DNA of 64,000 nucleotides, taken from Pseudomonadota bacterium. Its GTDB lineage: Bacteria; Pseudomonadota; Alphaproteobacteria; MPNO01; UBA2964. This document shows, piece by piece, positions 10,028 through 20,292 of this stretch. The translations under genes were made by a program, and so were the position numbers. Every line of letters begins with the position of its first letter. Position 1 is the first letter of the stretch. Location: NCBI GenBank assembly GCA_036336885.1, contig JAYZFG010000015.1, positions 70,813-134,812 on the forward strand. Reading direction: 5' to 3'. Under the pieces are notes generated by a model. The model made no database searches, was not told where the DNA came from, and worked only from the letters and a program-made list of their open reading frames with translations.

Positions 10028-11059
10028 CTAAACCTGTTCGGCTTCAATGTCCCGGGCAAGCATGCGGCGAACTGCAATGCCTGGTGCGTCGACATTAATA
10101 TCGACCAATCCTTTTTCGGGCCAATCTATCAACGTTTTCTGTTGGGCTTCGAGGATGACAACATCTTCGTCAAATGTTTGGGATACCATCCTAAATAGAT
10201 CATCTGAAACTTCTTTATTTCCAATTGCAAAATCTCGAGCATGGCCAAAAAAATAGTAGGTAGAAGTTTCAGTTTCAGGTGTTGGGGCATTCAAACTTCT
10301 TATGTGCATTCCCTCACCCGGTTCACCAAGATCCGGATTACAAAACCCCGCATCACATGCCCCAGCACGTATTTGCGTGAGACAGGGAGAAAAGGTTTCG
10401 ACAATTTGCCAACGATCAACCGTCCCCTCAAAGTTCCCAAGCGCCTGAAACATAGGTGGTGCAGGCCGATCAATGATCCAGCGGGTCATGCGCACCATAT
10501 CTTTTTCACGATCAGTCTTAATTGGAAACTCACTAATATCTGTGGTTCCAAGAGTATTAAGGTGTACGTACGCCAGATGCGATAGATCAAGTAGATTGTC
10601 AGTGATAAGTTGGTAGTTACAATCCAACTTCAGATATTTTCCCTTTACTAACTCCCATTCCGGGTGATCAAACCACCACCAATTCGGGATTAAACTATCA
10701 TCTGCTAATGCTGGATCTCCCATCCAAATCCATAACCACTTCCATCTTTCGACAAGCGGATAAGATTTCACGTAAGCATCGGGCGGGATCATATCTTGCC
10801 CGGGTATCTTGACACATTCGCCGGCCGGATTGAATTCAAGACCATGGTAACCACATTGAAGGCGATCACCAATAACCTTTCCCATTGAAAGGGGAAGAGC
10901 CCGATGACAGCAGCGGTCCTCAAGGGCTACTGCTCCGCCATCGTCCCTACGAAATAATACGATTGGTTCACATAACAATGTCCGAGCCAATGGCTTTTGT
11001 GTCACCTCATGATCCCAAGCGGCAACATACCAGCAGTTTTTACGGAACATTGAACTCAA
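10028..11059 (-). CDS. Rieske [2Fe-2S] aromatic-ring/demethylating oxygenase, VanA-like (phthalate-family) oxygenase component
   Basis: 343 aa. It carries the NCWYVAAWDHEV start, the Rieske motif CCHRALPLSMG...CGYHGLEF (CxH...CxxH) and the mononuclear-iron motif DNLLDLSHLAYVH. No reductase gene is nearby. Confidence 0.88.
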   Translation of the reverse strand: MSSMFRKNCWYVAAWDHEVTQKPLARTLLCEPIVLFRRDDGGAVALEDRCCHRALPLSMGKVIGDRLQCGYHGLEFNPAGECVKIPGQDMIPPDAYVKSYPLVERWKWLWIWMGDPALADDSLIPNWWWFDHPEWELVKGKYLKLDCNYQLITDNLLDLSHLAYVHLNTLGTTDISEFPIKTDREKDMVRMTRWIIDRPAPPMFQALGNFEGTVDRWQIVETFSPCLTQIRAGACDAGFCNPDLGEPGEGMHIRSLNAPTPETETSTYYFFGHARDFAIGNKEVSDDLFRMVSQTFDEDVVILEAQQKTLIDWPEKGLVDINVDAPGIAVRRMLARDIEAEQV

Positions 11060-11196
11060 ACCCCCTACAATGATCGGTCGTGGATGCGGGCCGTGTCATT
11101 AAAATACCTAAATTTTTATCCTTAAGACCACAGTTTTACTAAGCCGCTAACCCAAATTTAAGTAAAGAGTGATGTTTTAATTATAGAAAAAATTAA

Positions 11197-11958
11197 TCAA
11201 TAGCCAACAATCACCTCACCAGAGTTAGGGCTGATCACCTGGCCAGTAATCATTTCGGTCTCGTCGGAAGCGAGCCAAGCCACCGCATAAGAAATATCTT
11301 GGGCCGTGGTTAAACGCCCAAGTGGCATATTCTTACCACGTTCCTCAATCATTTCGGGTGTATTACTACCTTGGGTCATACCTGTAAGAATAAAGCCAGG
11401 CGCAACAGCATTAACGCGGATTTTATCTGCCGCAAATTCTCTCGCCCAAGCTTTGGTGAAGCCCGACAGCGCAGCCTTGGCCGCAGCGTAGTGTGAAGCG
11501 AAGTCACTACCCCCCATGGCATAAATAGATGAAATCATAATGATACTGCCCTGCCCGCGCGCTTTCATACCTGCAAGTACGGCTTTTGTTGCAAAAAATG
11601 ATCCCCTGACTTGAATACCAAACATCTGGTCATAAATTTCTTCATTAATTTCTTCTGTAGGGAGTTTATTTCCGCTAACACCGGCATTATTTACAAGAAT
11701 ATCTATCTTGCCGTGTTCCGCTTCTGCCGCCTTAATCTTAGCAGTGAAGTCTGGTACATCTAAAACGTCGGCAATCAATACAGAAGCTTTTTGGCCGTTA
11801 GAAAGGACCATTTCAGCTGTTTCATTTGCACCATCTTCCTTAATATCGTGAACGATTATATCAGCTCCGCGTTCAGATAGTAGGATCGCATGGCTGCGCC
11901 CCATACCACCACCGGAACCTGTGATTAGTGCGGTCTTGCCCTCTAAATTTACTGCCAC
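11197..11958 (-). CDS. Short-chain dehydrogenase/reductase (classical SDR)
   Basis: 253 aa with TGSGGGMGRS (TGxxxGxG), NNAG, catalytic Ser in MISSIYA, and YAAAKAA (YxxxK). Confidence 0.9.
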   Translation of the reverse strand: MAVNLEGKTALITGSGGGMGRSHAILLSERGADIIVHDIKEDGANETAEMVLSNGQKASVLIADVLDVPDFTAKIKAAEAEHGKIDILVNNAGVSGNKLPTEEINEEIYDQMFGIQVRGSFFATKAVLAGMKARGQGSIIMISSIYAMGGSDFASHYAAAKAALSGFTKAWAREFAADKIRVNAVAPGFILTGMTQGSNTPEMIEERGKNMPLGRLTTAQDISYAVAWLASDETEMITGQVISPNSGEVIVGY

Positions 11959-12065
11959 GCCTTTGCCTCCTTTTCTTTCTCTTGTAATGTGCGCACATAT
12001 TTTAAACGCGATAACCGCTCAATGGGAATGGTAACCGCCCACAAATAAGAACCCGGGAGAAAAAA

Positions 12066-13445
12066 ATGGCTGTACAACCAGCAACTGGTATCGGCAAGTA
12101 TGATGTTAAATCCCCTAAACTGGTTAGTTTTCACGATCAACGCGAAAAATTCTTATCGGGTGCTGACACACCACGCGATTACTTGGAGCGCTGCATCAAC
12201 GTCATTGAGGAAAGCAATGACGACATAAAAGCCTGGGCATTCAAAAACACAGACAAGGCCCGGGAATTGGCAGACCAGTCAACAAAACGATACGCTGATG
12301 GCAATCCCCTATCGATTATTGACGGTATGCCTATAGGCATTAAAGACCTCATAGAAACTTCTGATATGCCGACAGAATACAATTGTGAGTTGTTTCGGGG
12401 GAACCAACCAATCCGCGACGCTGCATCCGTATATTTTCTACGACAAGGTGGTGCTGTTCTGCTGGGCAAAACTGTCACTGTTACCCTCGGTGGTGGGGAC
12501 CCATCTATGACACGTAACCCCTACGACACCCAACGTACGCCCGGGGGTTCTTCAAGTGGCACCTGTGCTGCTGTCGGCGCTGGAATGATTCCCGCCGGTC
12601 TTGGAACCCATGCTAGAGGTTCAACCATTCGTCCCGCTAGTTTTTGTGGAAACTATGGTCTCAAGGCAACATTCGGTGCCTTGAACCGGCAGGGAGGCTT
12701 TTCAGCTGCAGAAACAATGGATCATCTTGGTATCCTAGCAGGGTCGATTGAAGATATGTGGATAATGGCGCGATACATTTCTGAAACGGCTGGCGGAGAC
12801 CCCGGGCATCCGGGGCTTTATGGTGGTCCAACCCCGCCTCCAGCGAGAAAACCAGAACGCCTAATAATTTTGGAGACTGCTGGTTGGAACGAAACCGATG
12901 ACGCTAGCAGGGAGGCATTTAATGACGCCATCGGCAAATTATCTGACGCGGGGTGTGAAATTTATACCCGTAAGGATGACCCGGCGATTGAAGCATATGA
13001 AGTTGAGACTTCTCATTCACCAGAACTTTGGAGGCAACTGTACCGGTTTGAAATGCGCTTCCCAATGTATCAATACCTAGAGTACGACGCTGACAAGATC
13101 CCGCCGCGTTTAAAAGCAGGTATTCAGGAAGGTGCCGGCCTTACGCAGGCAGAATATCGTGCCGCACTGGCCCGCCGAGCTTACTGGCGTGAAATGCATG
13201 ACGCGCTTACCCGTCGTTGCGACTCTATGATCACTTTGTCATCACCTGGCCCGGGACCAGTCGGAATGGATCAGGGGAGTGCAATCTTTAATGAAGCCTC
13301 CTCCATCATCGGTATGCCCGCGATTTCTTTACCGGTTCTCACAGTGGAGGATATGCCCCTGGGTATGCAGCTTATGGGCCGCGTGCACTGTGACGAAGCA
13401 CTGACCGCCGTGGGTCGCTGGATTAGCAAGAAATTACTTCAATAA
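12066..13445 (+). CDS. Amidase (amidase-signature family)
   Basis: 459 aa with GMPIGIKDLIET (catalytic Lys region) and the Gly/Ser-rich signature TPGGSSSGTCAAVGAG...GTHARGSTIRPASFCG. Confidence 0.9.
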   Translation: MAVQPATGIGKYDVKSPKLVSFHDQREKFLSGADTPRDYLERCINVIEESNDDIKAWAFKNTDKARELADQSTKRYADGNPLSIIDGMPIGIKDLIETSDMPTEYNCELFRGNQPIRDAASVYFLRQGGAVLLGKTVTVTLGGGDPSMTRNPYDTQRTPGGSSSGTCAAVGAGMIPAGLGTHARGSTIRPASFCGNYGLKATFGALNRQGGFSAAETMDHLGILAGSIEDMWIMARYISETAGGDPGHPGLYGGPTPPPARKPERLIILETAGWNETDDASREAFNDAIGKLSDAGCEIYTRKDDPAIEAYEVETSHSPELWRQLYRFEMRFPMYQYLEYDADKIPPRLKAGIQEGAGLTQAEYRAALARRAYWREMHDALTRRCDSMITLSSPGPGPVGMDQGSAIFNEASSIIGMPAISLPVLTVEDMPLGMQLMGRVHCDEALTAVGRWISKKLLQ

Positions 13446-13480
13446 ATTTTCATTTTCTCATTGCGCAAGAGAGGCACTCC

Positions 13481-15562
13481 TTGGAAAAGTATAGACTAGG
13501 CGTCGACGTAGGAGGTACCCATACCGATTTAGTACTAGCCAATTCCAATACAGACGAAATTCTGATCGAAAAAGTTCACTCGACGCCTATAAATCCATCT
13601 GTTGCAATTCTTGAGGGGATCCAACGATTTTTTAACAGAGGTATTTTAGCCAATGAGATTGATTTCTTCAGTCATGGAACGACGGTAACTACCAACACTC
13701 TATTAGAAATGAAAGGTGCCACTATAGGTATGCTCATTACTAAGGGGTTCAGGGCGATCCAAGTGGTACAGAGCCAAGCTAGGGAAAGTAACCAGTTTGA
13801 CCTCAAATTTCAACGTCCAGAAATGTTGGTATCCCAACAAATGACCAATGAAATTACCGGTCGTATTGACTATTCCGGGACGGAAATCCAACCGCTAGAC
13901 GAAACTGAAGCATATGAAGCAGTCGAACGGTTGTATTCGAAAGGAGCAACTTCTTTTGCTGTTTGCTACATGTTTTCATTTATGAATTCCGCGCATGAGC
14001 GACGCACAGCTGAAATTATCCGCGATGTGGTTCCAAACGCACATGTGTCCCTGTCTTCCGACGTTTTACCTCGGATAAGAGAATGGCCGCGAATGTCGAC
14101 AACTATGCTCAATGCATACCTTGAACCGGGCCTTGCACGATACGCTGAGGATCTCGACCTCGGTTTAGACAAGCGAGGAATTCAAACTCCAAAGCGCTTC
14201 CTGATGCAGTCGAATGGAGGTGTTATGCCACTCAGTGCAAAGGCTGGAGGGGGTAGGGCTATTAAAACATTGCTTTCGGGACCTGCAGCGGGTGTCCAAG
14301 CAACAAGCTATTTACTAGGCCATCAACAAGGTTGGAAGGAGGTCGTTACGATGGATATGGGCGGCACCAGCTGCGACATAGCCTTCATACAGGATAGCAA
14401 GCCCCTAGAAATAACTGAAGGTATGATTGCCGAGCGCCGCCTAGACGTCCCCGCTTTCGATATAAGCACCATCTCCGCTGGAGGAGGCACAATTGCACGC
14501 TTAACCGCCGCTAATTTTATGAGTGTAGGCCCGGATAGTGCCGGCGCAGACCCTGGTCCGGTTTGTTATGGAAAGGGCGGGGATCGACCAACAGTTACTG
14601 ATGCGGATCTCATTTGTGGGTTCTTAAATCCTGAGTTCCTGCTTGGGGGGGAAACAAATTTGGATCGCGAGAGAGCGCTCTCTGCTGTCAAAAAAACCTT
14701 TTCTGGGCCGATGGGTCTTTCGGCTAAAGAAGCTGCAGCCGGTATTATAAGGCTAATCAATGCACGTATGGCCGATGAAATCCGAGTTCAAGCCGCCAAA
14801 AAAATTGTCGACCTCACTACCTTTACATTAGTCCCGTTTGGCGGAGCAGGCCCTGTCCACGCGGCAATGGTCGCAGACGAGCTCAATATTCCCCAAGTCC
14901 TCGTCCCGCCTAACCCTGGGGCTTTTTCAGCCCTTGGGCTTTTATGCAGCGACGTAGTTCATGACTATGTCCGATCAGATATTTGTGAATTATCCGAACT
15001 GAGGGCTGATCTTGCTGAGCAATTTTTTGAAGAGCTAGAAGGGCAGGCTGCTGTCGACATAGAAAAAGAAGGGCTATCTGATCACAAGCACATATTCATC
15101 CGGGATATGGATTTAAGATATGCCGGTCAGGGGTATGAGATAAAAACCCCTCTTTATAATTTGGGTGACCCTCCCATGACCCCAGAAACCCTTAAACAGG
15201 TGAGCGAACGGTTTCATGAACTCCACCAAAGTCTCCATGGCCACTCGGCAAGAGACCAACAAATTGAAGTCGTCAGTTACCGAGTACGTGTACAGGTTTC
15301 TGTACCAAAACAAAATTTATCTGAAACGGATATCAATGACAGCACCTCAGAACCGATCAAAACGCGTGAGGTGACGTTTAATGGTATTGAAGTGTTTCCG
15401 GTACCCATATTTAACCGGCATGAATTGAACCGTTCAACCATTAAGGGCCCGGCAATTATCGAACAATTTGATTCAACGACAGTGTTTCCGCCCGGATGGA
15501 CTGCAAGAATAGATCGTTTCGATAACATTATAGGAAAAAGGGATTTATCAAATGGCGGTTGA
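13481..15562 (+). CDS. hyuA: Hydantoinase/oxoprolinase family, A (HyuA-like, ATP-binding) subunit
   Basis: 693 aa with a TTG start. It has the N-terminal acetate/sugar-kinase-type motif YRLGVDVGGTHTD, then MDMGGTSCDI and GGAGPVHA. An 11-nt overlap with the B subunit implies translational coupling. Confidence 0.9.
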   Translation: MEKYRLGVDVGGTHTDLVLANSNTDEILIEKVHSTPINPSVAILEGIQRFFNRGILANEIDFFSHGTTVTTNTLLEMKGATIGMLITKGFRAIQVVQSQARESNQFDLKFQRPEMLVSQQMTNEITGRIDYSGTEIQPLDETEAYEAVERLYSKGATSFAVCYMFSFMNSAHERRTAEIIRDVVPNAHVSLSSDVLPRIREWPRMSTTMLNAYLEPGLARYAEDLDLGLDKRGIQTPKRFLMQSNGGVMPLSAKAGGGRAIKTLLSGPAAGVQATSYLLGHQQGWKEVVTMDMGGTSCDIAFIQDSKPLEITEGMIAERRLDVPAFDISTISAGGGTIARLTAANFMSVGPDSAGADPGPVCYGKGGDRPTVTDADLICGFLNPEFLLGGETNLDRERALSAVKKTFSGPMGLSAKEAAAGIIRLINARMADEIRVQAAKKIVDLTTFTLVPFGGAGPVHAAMVADELNIPQVLVPPNPGAFSALGLLCSDVVHDYVRSDICELSELRADLAEQFFEELEGQAAVDIEKEGLSDHKHIFIRDMDLRYAGQGYEIKTPLYNLGDPPMTPETLKQVSERFHELHQSLHGHSARDQQIEVVSYRVRVQVSVPKQNLSETDINDSTSEPIKTREVTFNGIEVFPVPIFNRHELNRSTIKGPAIIEQFDSTTVFPPGWTARIDRFDNIIGKRDLSNGG

Positions 15563-17207
15563 TCCAATTATTGTTGAACTTCTTCGGAACCGGATTTCCA
15601 GCCTGATGGAGGAAATGGATTATCATTTTTACCGTTCTGGCTATTCCACAATCGTTCGGGAAAGCCGTGACTTTAGCTGTGTGATTGTTGACCGTACTGG
15701 TCGGCTATTGGTGTCGCCCTGGATGTTTTTTCACTCCCCGGTATATTTTCACCTTGTCCAACGTATAACGGAAATTTATGGCATAGAGGATCTCGCTGAC
15801 GGAGATGTTTTTGTCAGTAACCATCCTTACGAAGGCAACATGCCCCATGCCTCCGACATGGGCTTCATTTCTCCAATTTTCTTTGAAGATACCCTCGTCG
15901 CCTTCGCAGGGACCATAGCACATAAAGCTGATGTCGGTGGTACGGTGCCGGGAAGCACTTTTGGATCCGCAACGGAGCTTTACCACGAAGGAATGATGCT
16001 ACCTCCCATACGTATCCATCGTGCGGGAGAGCCGATTGACGATGTCATCCGATTGATCTCTGCGAATACTCGTGCCCCATACGTTGTACTGGGCGATATT
16101 TCAGGACAGATAGGCGTCACTCGCATCGGTCGTAAACATATTCAGGAGATGTGTGCACGGTTTGGCGCCGATACTGTTTTGGAAGCAATGGAAGCAATGG
16201 TCACTGCTTCAGGTAAAGAGTTTCGTTCTGCATTAAGGAATATTCCTGATGGATTTACCGAGGCAACAGGGTATCTCGACCATGACGGGGTTGATGAAAC
16301 GAAGAAAGTGAAACTTAACGTCAAGATAAGTAGCCAGTCCGGTAAACTACATTTCGATTTTACTGGCTGTGATCCCCAAACACAGGGTCCAGTGAATTTA
16401 CGGATCGCAATGGTAGAAGCTTGTGTTTATTACTGTCTTATTGGCTTGATAGACCCCGATCTTCGTTATAGTGACGGTATTCGTGAACTGGTCACGTTTG
16501 AATTTGCTAAGCGAAGTGTTTTGAGTGCCGAACCACCTCGTCCTTGTTCCAGCTATATGAAATGTTGTCTTAAGCTTTGCGATGTGATTCTTGAAGCTAT
16601 GGACCCACTTTTACCTGGAAGGGCCATAGCACACTCAGGGGGCAGTGGGGGTTCTATAATTGTCTCTTGGAAAGGTGACACAAGGCCTAAAAGAGGCAAT
16701 CAATACGAGATATTTGGGTCCGCATATGGGGCTGGTCGTGGAGCTGATGGTGCCTCAGGAGCCAGCGTCATGCTCGCAAACCTTTTCGCAGCTCCAATCG
16801 AAATCATAGAGTCAGAATTTCCGTGTCGTATTAGGGAATTTACATTGAATAGGGATTCCGGCGGTGCTGGCGAGTTTCGTGGAGGGCTCAATTTCATACG
16901 CGAGTATGAAATGCTGGAACCGGGGGAGATAGTATATCGAGCTGACCGTTCCATCGAGCCCCCTGCCGGCCTGCGGGGTGGAAAACCCGGAGGGCCCAGC
17001 CAATTTATCGTAAATCCAGGTGCCAATGATGAACAGATTATGCCCTCATCCGCACGCATGTCATTACCGGAGGGTACGATCTTTCGCGTTAACGGGCCGG
17101 GTGGTGGTGGCTATGGTGACCCAAAAAATCGTGACCGCAAATTACTGGCCAACGACCTTGCAGAGGGTTATGTATCAAAAAAAGCGGCAGAAAAATTATA
17201 TAAATAA
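15552..17207 (+). CDS. hyuB: Hydantoinase/oxoprolinase family, B (HyuB-like) subunit
   Basis: 551 aa with DPIIVELLRNRISSLMEEM, SNHPYEGNMPHASD and a C-terminal GPGGGGYGDP, all typical of HyuB/oxoprolinase B. Confidence 0.9.
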   Translation: MAVDPIIVELLRNRISSLMEEMDYHFYRSGYSTIVRESRDFSCVIVDRTGRLLVSPWMFFHSPVYFHLVQRITEIYGIEDLADGDVFVSNHPYEGNMPHASDMGFISPIFFEDTLVAFAGTIAHKADVGGTVPGSTFGSATELYHEGMMLPPIRIHRAGEPIDDVIRLISANTRAPYVVLGDISGQIGVTRIGRKHIQEMCARFGADTVLEAMEAMVTASGKEFRSALRNIPDGFTEATGYLDHDGVDETKKVKLNVKISSQSGKLHFDFTGCDPQTQGPVNLRIAMVEACVYYCLIGLIDPDLRYSDGIRELVTFEFAKRSVLSAEPPRPCSSYMKCCLKLCDVILEAMDPLLPGRAIAHSGGSGGSIIVSWKGDTRPKRGNQYEIFGSAYGAGRGADGASGASVMLANLFAAPIEIIESEFPCRIREFTLNRDSGGAGEFRGGLNFIREYEMLEPGEIVYRADRSIEPPAGLRGGKPGGPSQFIVNPGANDEQIMPSSARMSLPEGTIFRVNGPGGGGYGDPKNRDRKLLANDLAEGYVSKKAAEKLYK

Positions 17208-17279
17208 CACCGTTAAATCAGCCTATGACTCTATTCAAAATAATTCTTTCAATCTATTGAGACTATTCGGTTACCTACT

Positions 17280-18527
17280 TTGAACAACAAAAAATTGACT
17301 GAACCGAAAAAAAAAGATCTGCACGCTGTATATGCGTTTGGCATTTTCAGCATGGCTTTGATTGATATCTTCGTTCTATTAATTCCAATTTTTGCAAAGG
17401 ACACTCTAGGCATGTCCGATGGGCAAATTGGCAGTTTGGTGGGAGCACGTTCTTTGCTTTCCCTCTTCTTATCAATCCATGGTGGTGCCCTTATGGATCG
17501 CTATGGCACCCGTCGTATAACCTTAATGTTTACCGGAGCAGTTATAGTTTGTGGTCCTCTCTTTCCATTTCTCTCGACCTTTTGGGCACTTTTCATGCTT
17601 CAGGTTATAAGTGGTTTTGCGATTTCACTTGGTTGGTCAGGAGCCCAAACACTGATCGCCCGAATTGCGGACGGTGACGCTGAATATATTGGCCGCTTTA
17701 GTACCTTCGCCCGCATAGGTACTACAGTCGCGCCAATTTTTGCCGGCTTCTTATTTGATGTTGGTGGTGCCTGGCTCGCTTATGGTTTTGGCACCCTATG
17801 GGCAATAGTAGCCTTCTATACATTATGGCGAGTTCCAGAGCCGAACCCGCCGCCCCAAAATAGTAAAAATGAACAAAAGTTCAAATTAATGGATATCATG
17901 CCAAAGGTATCGGACTACACCGCATCATTTGCTCTTATGGCAATACCTGCGGTCGCCTTTACCGCAGTTGCGATGTTGGTCAGAAATTCCACATATGGTG
18001 TTCAAACAACGATCTACGTTACTTATGCGCAGGATGCTGGTTTGACGGCTACCAAAATTGGACTTCTCTTTGCAGCAATTGAGCTAGCCGGTGCAATTGG
18101 TTCATGGTACTCGGGCCGAATTATGCGAAATTTTGATCCGATTAGAGTACTGGTACTCACAACATTTATTACCGTTACACTTGTGAGTGCCACTCCTTTA
18201 ATTGGCGGTCTTGGGACAACTGTCTGGGGGATTTTTGCATTGTTATTCATTGGACAGGTCTTTCGCGGCATAACACAGGGTGTATCACAACCTATACTGT
18301 TCTCGGTTCAAGCAATCTCTGTAACCCGTGACCAACAAGGGACTGTCGTCGGCTTGCGACAAACCATGAACCGCCTGGGAGGAGTAATACTTCCACCAAT
18401 TATTGGCTTCGTATCCGACTTTTATGGCCGTGAAGAAAGTTTTTATATTATAGGAGTAGGTCTATTGGTATTACTTCTTGGATTGGCGATCTATGGTCGT
18501 TTTGTTCCCAAAGTTAATACAACGTAA
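17280..18527 (+). CDS. MFS transporter
   Basis: 415 aa with a TTG start and about 12 hydrophobic segments. It has an MFS motif-A-like GGALMDRYGTRR between TM2 and TM3. Confidence 0.8.
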   Translation: MNNKKLTEPKKKDLHAVYAFGIFSMALIDIFVLLIPIFAKDTLGMSDGQIGSLVGARSLLSLFLSIHGGALMDRYGTRRITLMFTGAVIVCGPLFPFLSTFWALFMLQVISGFAISLGWSGAQTLIARIADGDAEYIGRFSTFARIGTTVAPIFAGFLFDVGGAWLAYGFGTLWAIVAFYTLWRVPEPNPPPQNSKNEQKFKLMDIMPKVSDYTASFALMAIPAVAFTAVAMLVRNSTYGVQTTIYVTYAQDAGLTATKIGLLFAAIELAGAIGSWYSGRIMRNFDPIRVLVLTTFITVTLVSATPLIGGLGTTVWGIFALLFIGQVFRGITQGVSQPILFSVQAISVTRDQQGTVVGLRQTMNRLGGVILPPIIGFVSDFYGREESFYIIGVGLLVLLLGLAIYGRFVPKVNTT

Positions 18528-18594
18528 ATACCAAACCTCTACATTTACTGACCATATTGAAACGAAGACAAACATGGAATGGAGATAATTCAAA

Positions 18595-19233
18595 ATGGAC
18601 CCTGTCGAAGAAGCGATAGAATCGGTCGAGGCGTTACGGAAACGTGTTACCGGTCTTAGTGAAGACGCAATGGACCTCTTATTTCGTGAAGCACGAACGC
18701 ACAACGCATGGACTGACAAGCCAGTGACCGATCAACAGCTCCACACGCTTTATCGTCTTGTTATCAATGGGGCCACAAGCGGCAATTGTCTGCCGGCAAG
18801 ATTAGTTTTCTGCCGTTCTTCAGAATCCAAGGCACGCCTCATTCCATGTGTTAAGCCAGGAAATATTGCCAAGATTAAAGCAGCCCCAGTGTGCGTAATC
18901 ATCGGCTACGATACTTTATTCTGGAAGCACTTACCCCGACTTTTTCCTCATCGGGATTTGACAGCACAATATCGCGAGAACACCGAGCATGCAGAAATTA
19001 ATGCGTTTCGCAATGGAACTTTGCAGGGTGCTTACCTCATGCTTGGGGCGAGGGCATTGGGTATGGATATCGGTGCCATGTCAGGTTTTAACAACAAGGA
19101 TGTAGATACGGAATTTTTCTCAGGGACGACAATAAAATCAAATTTTCTCTGTAACATTGGTTATGGCGACACATCTGGCTTATTTCAAAAATTACCACGG
19201 TTCGATTTTGATGAAGTATGTTCAGTAATCTGA
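18595..19233 (+). CDS. Nitroreductase-family protein, malonic semialdehyde reductase RutE-like
   Basis: 212 aa. It aligns by eye along its length with E. coli RutE as I recall it (LFREARTHNAWTDKPV..., PARLVF, NGTLQGAYLMLGARALGMD.GAMSGF, KSNFLCNIGYGD...LPR..FDEVC). GGAGA lies 8 nt upstream of the ATG. Confidence 0.8.
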   Translation: MDPVEEAIESVEALRKRVTGLSEDAMDLLFREARTHNAWTDKPVTDQQLHTLYRLVINGATSGNCLPARLVFCRSSESKARLIPCVKPGNIAKIKAAPVCVIIGYDTLFWKHLPRLFPHRDLTAQYRENTEHAEINAFRNGTLQGAYLMLGARALGMDIGAMSGFNNKDVDTEFFSGTTIKSNFLCNIGYGDTSGLFQKLPRFDFDEVCSVI

Positions 19234-19347
19234 GACCCCCTATTATATCAATGGTAGTCATCGATTATTTTTTGGCATATTTGTTGTTATAAGGATAAAC
19301 ATAGGGCCGACTGAATTAGGACTTTTATTGGTACATCAGAAATAGAT

Positions 19348-20268
19348 ATGCAAAAACTTGATCTTCCCAAACCTCTGGGAATTGTCGACGCGACTATGAG
19401 TGACGGTGCGATAATCCGCCTGCGACAGCATGGAAACCCAAATGGTCAGCGATTAATTCTGGCACATGGTAATGGCTTTGCGACCGATGCGTATTTTCCC
19501 TTTTGGCAGCTCTTCACAGACGATTACGAGCTTGTCCTGTATGACCAGCGCAACCATGGTCACAATCCCCGGCATAAAGACATGAGCCACCACGATGTTT
19601 CTTTCTTCGTGAGGGACATGGATACAGTATTCGATAGTGCTACAAAATCTTTTGGTCAAAAGCCCACGGCTGGTCTATTTCACTCTATTTCTGCCGTTAC
19701 GGCGATCTGGCATGCGATAAAGAAAGGATGGCGTTGGGATGCATTAATTCTTTTTGATCCGCCGCTGGTGCCTAGCCCTGGTCACCCGCTAAACGAAATT
19801 GCCAAAAACTTTGAATTGATGTTGTCTGACTGGTCCAAGACCCGACCGGCGCGCTTCTCCAGCCCAGGCGCATTGGCAGATCAATTTGCTAAATCAAAAA
19901 GTCTGAGCCGATGGGTGCCGGGTTCTCATGACCTAATGGCAAGATCTATCCTTAGAGAGGCGTCAGATAATGGAGATTGGGAATTATGCTGTCCGCCAGA
20001 GGCTGAATCCCAAGTCTATAAAACTAACTCGGGACTAGATTTATGCCCTCAATTTGGAACTTTAACTGGTCCCTTAAAAGTTATCGCAAGTGATCCCCAT
20101 GACCCAAATGTTCGGGCACCCGGCCTGGTAAACCTCTCTTTACATGAAGAGTTTGGTCATCCTTATGAAGCCATTCAAGGGGCGACGCATATGGTACAAA
20201 TAGAAAAACCAGAAGCTTCTGCTAAAATTGTAAAAGACTTCTTTAAAGAAGTAGGTTTTGGTTCCTAA
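19348..20268 (+). CDS. Alpha/beta-fold hydrolase
   Basis: 306 aa with ILAHGNGF (oxyanion HG), a nucleophile-elbow-like FHSISAV and a C-terminal GATHMVQIEKPE (catalytic His region). Substrate unknown. Confidence 0.7.
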   Translation: MQKLDLPKPLGIVDATMSDGAIIRLRQHGNPNGQRLILAHGNGFATDAYFPFWQLFTDDYELVLYDQRNHGHNPRHKDMSHHDVSFFVRDMDTVFDSATKSFGQKPTAGLFHSISAVTAIWHAIKKGWRWDALILFDPPLVPSPGHPLNEIAKNFELMLSDWSKTRPARFSSPGALADQFAKSKSLSRWVPGSHDLMARSILREASDNGDWELCCPPEAESQVYKTNSGLDLCPQFGTLTGPLKVIASDPHDPNVRAPGLVNLSLHEEFGHPYEAIQGATHMVQIEKPEASAKIVKDFFKEVGFGS

Positions 20269-20292
20269 ATTTGATTATTATGAAAGTTAGCC

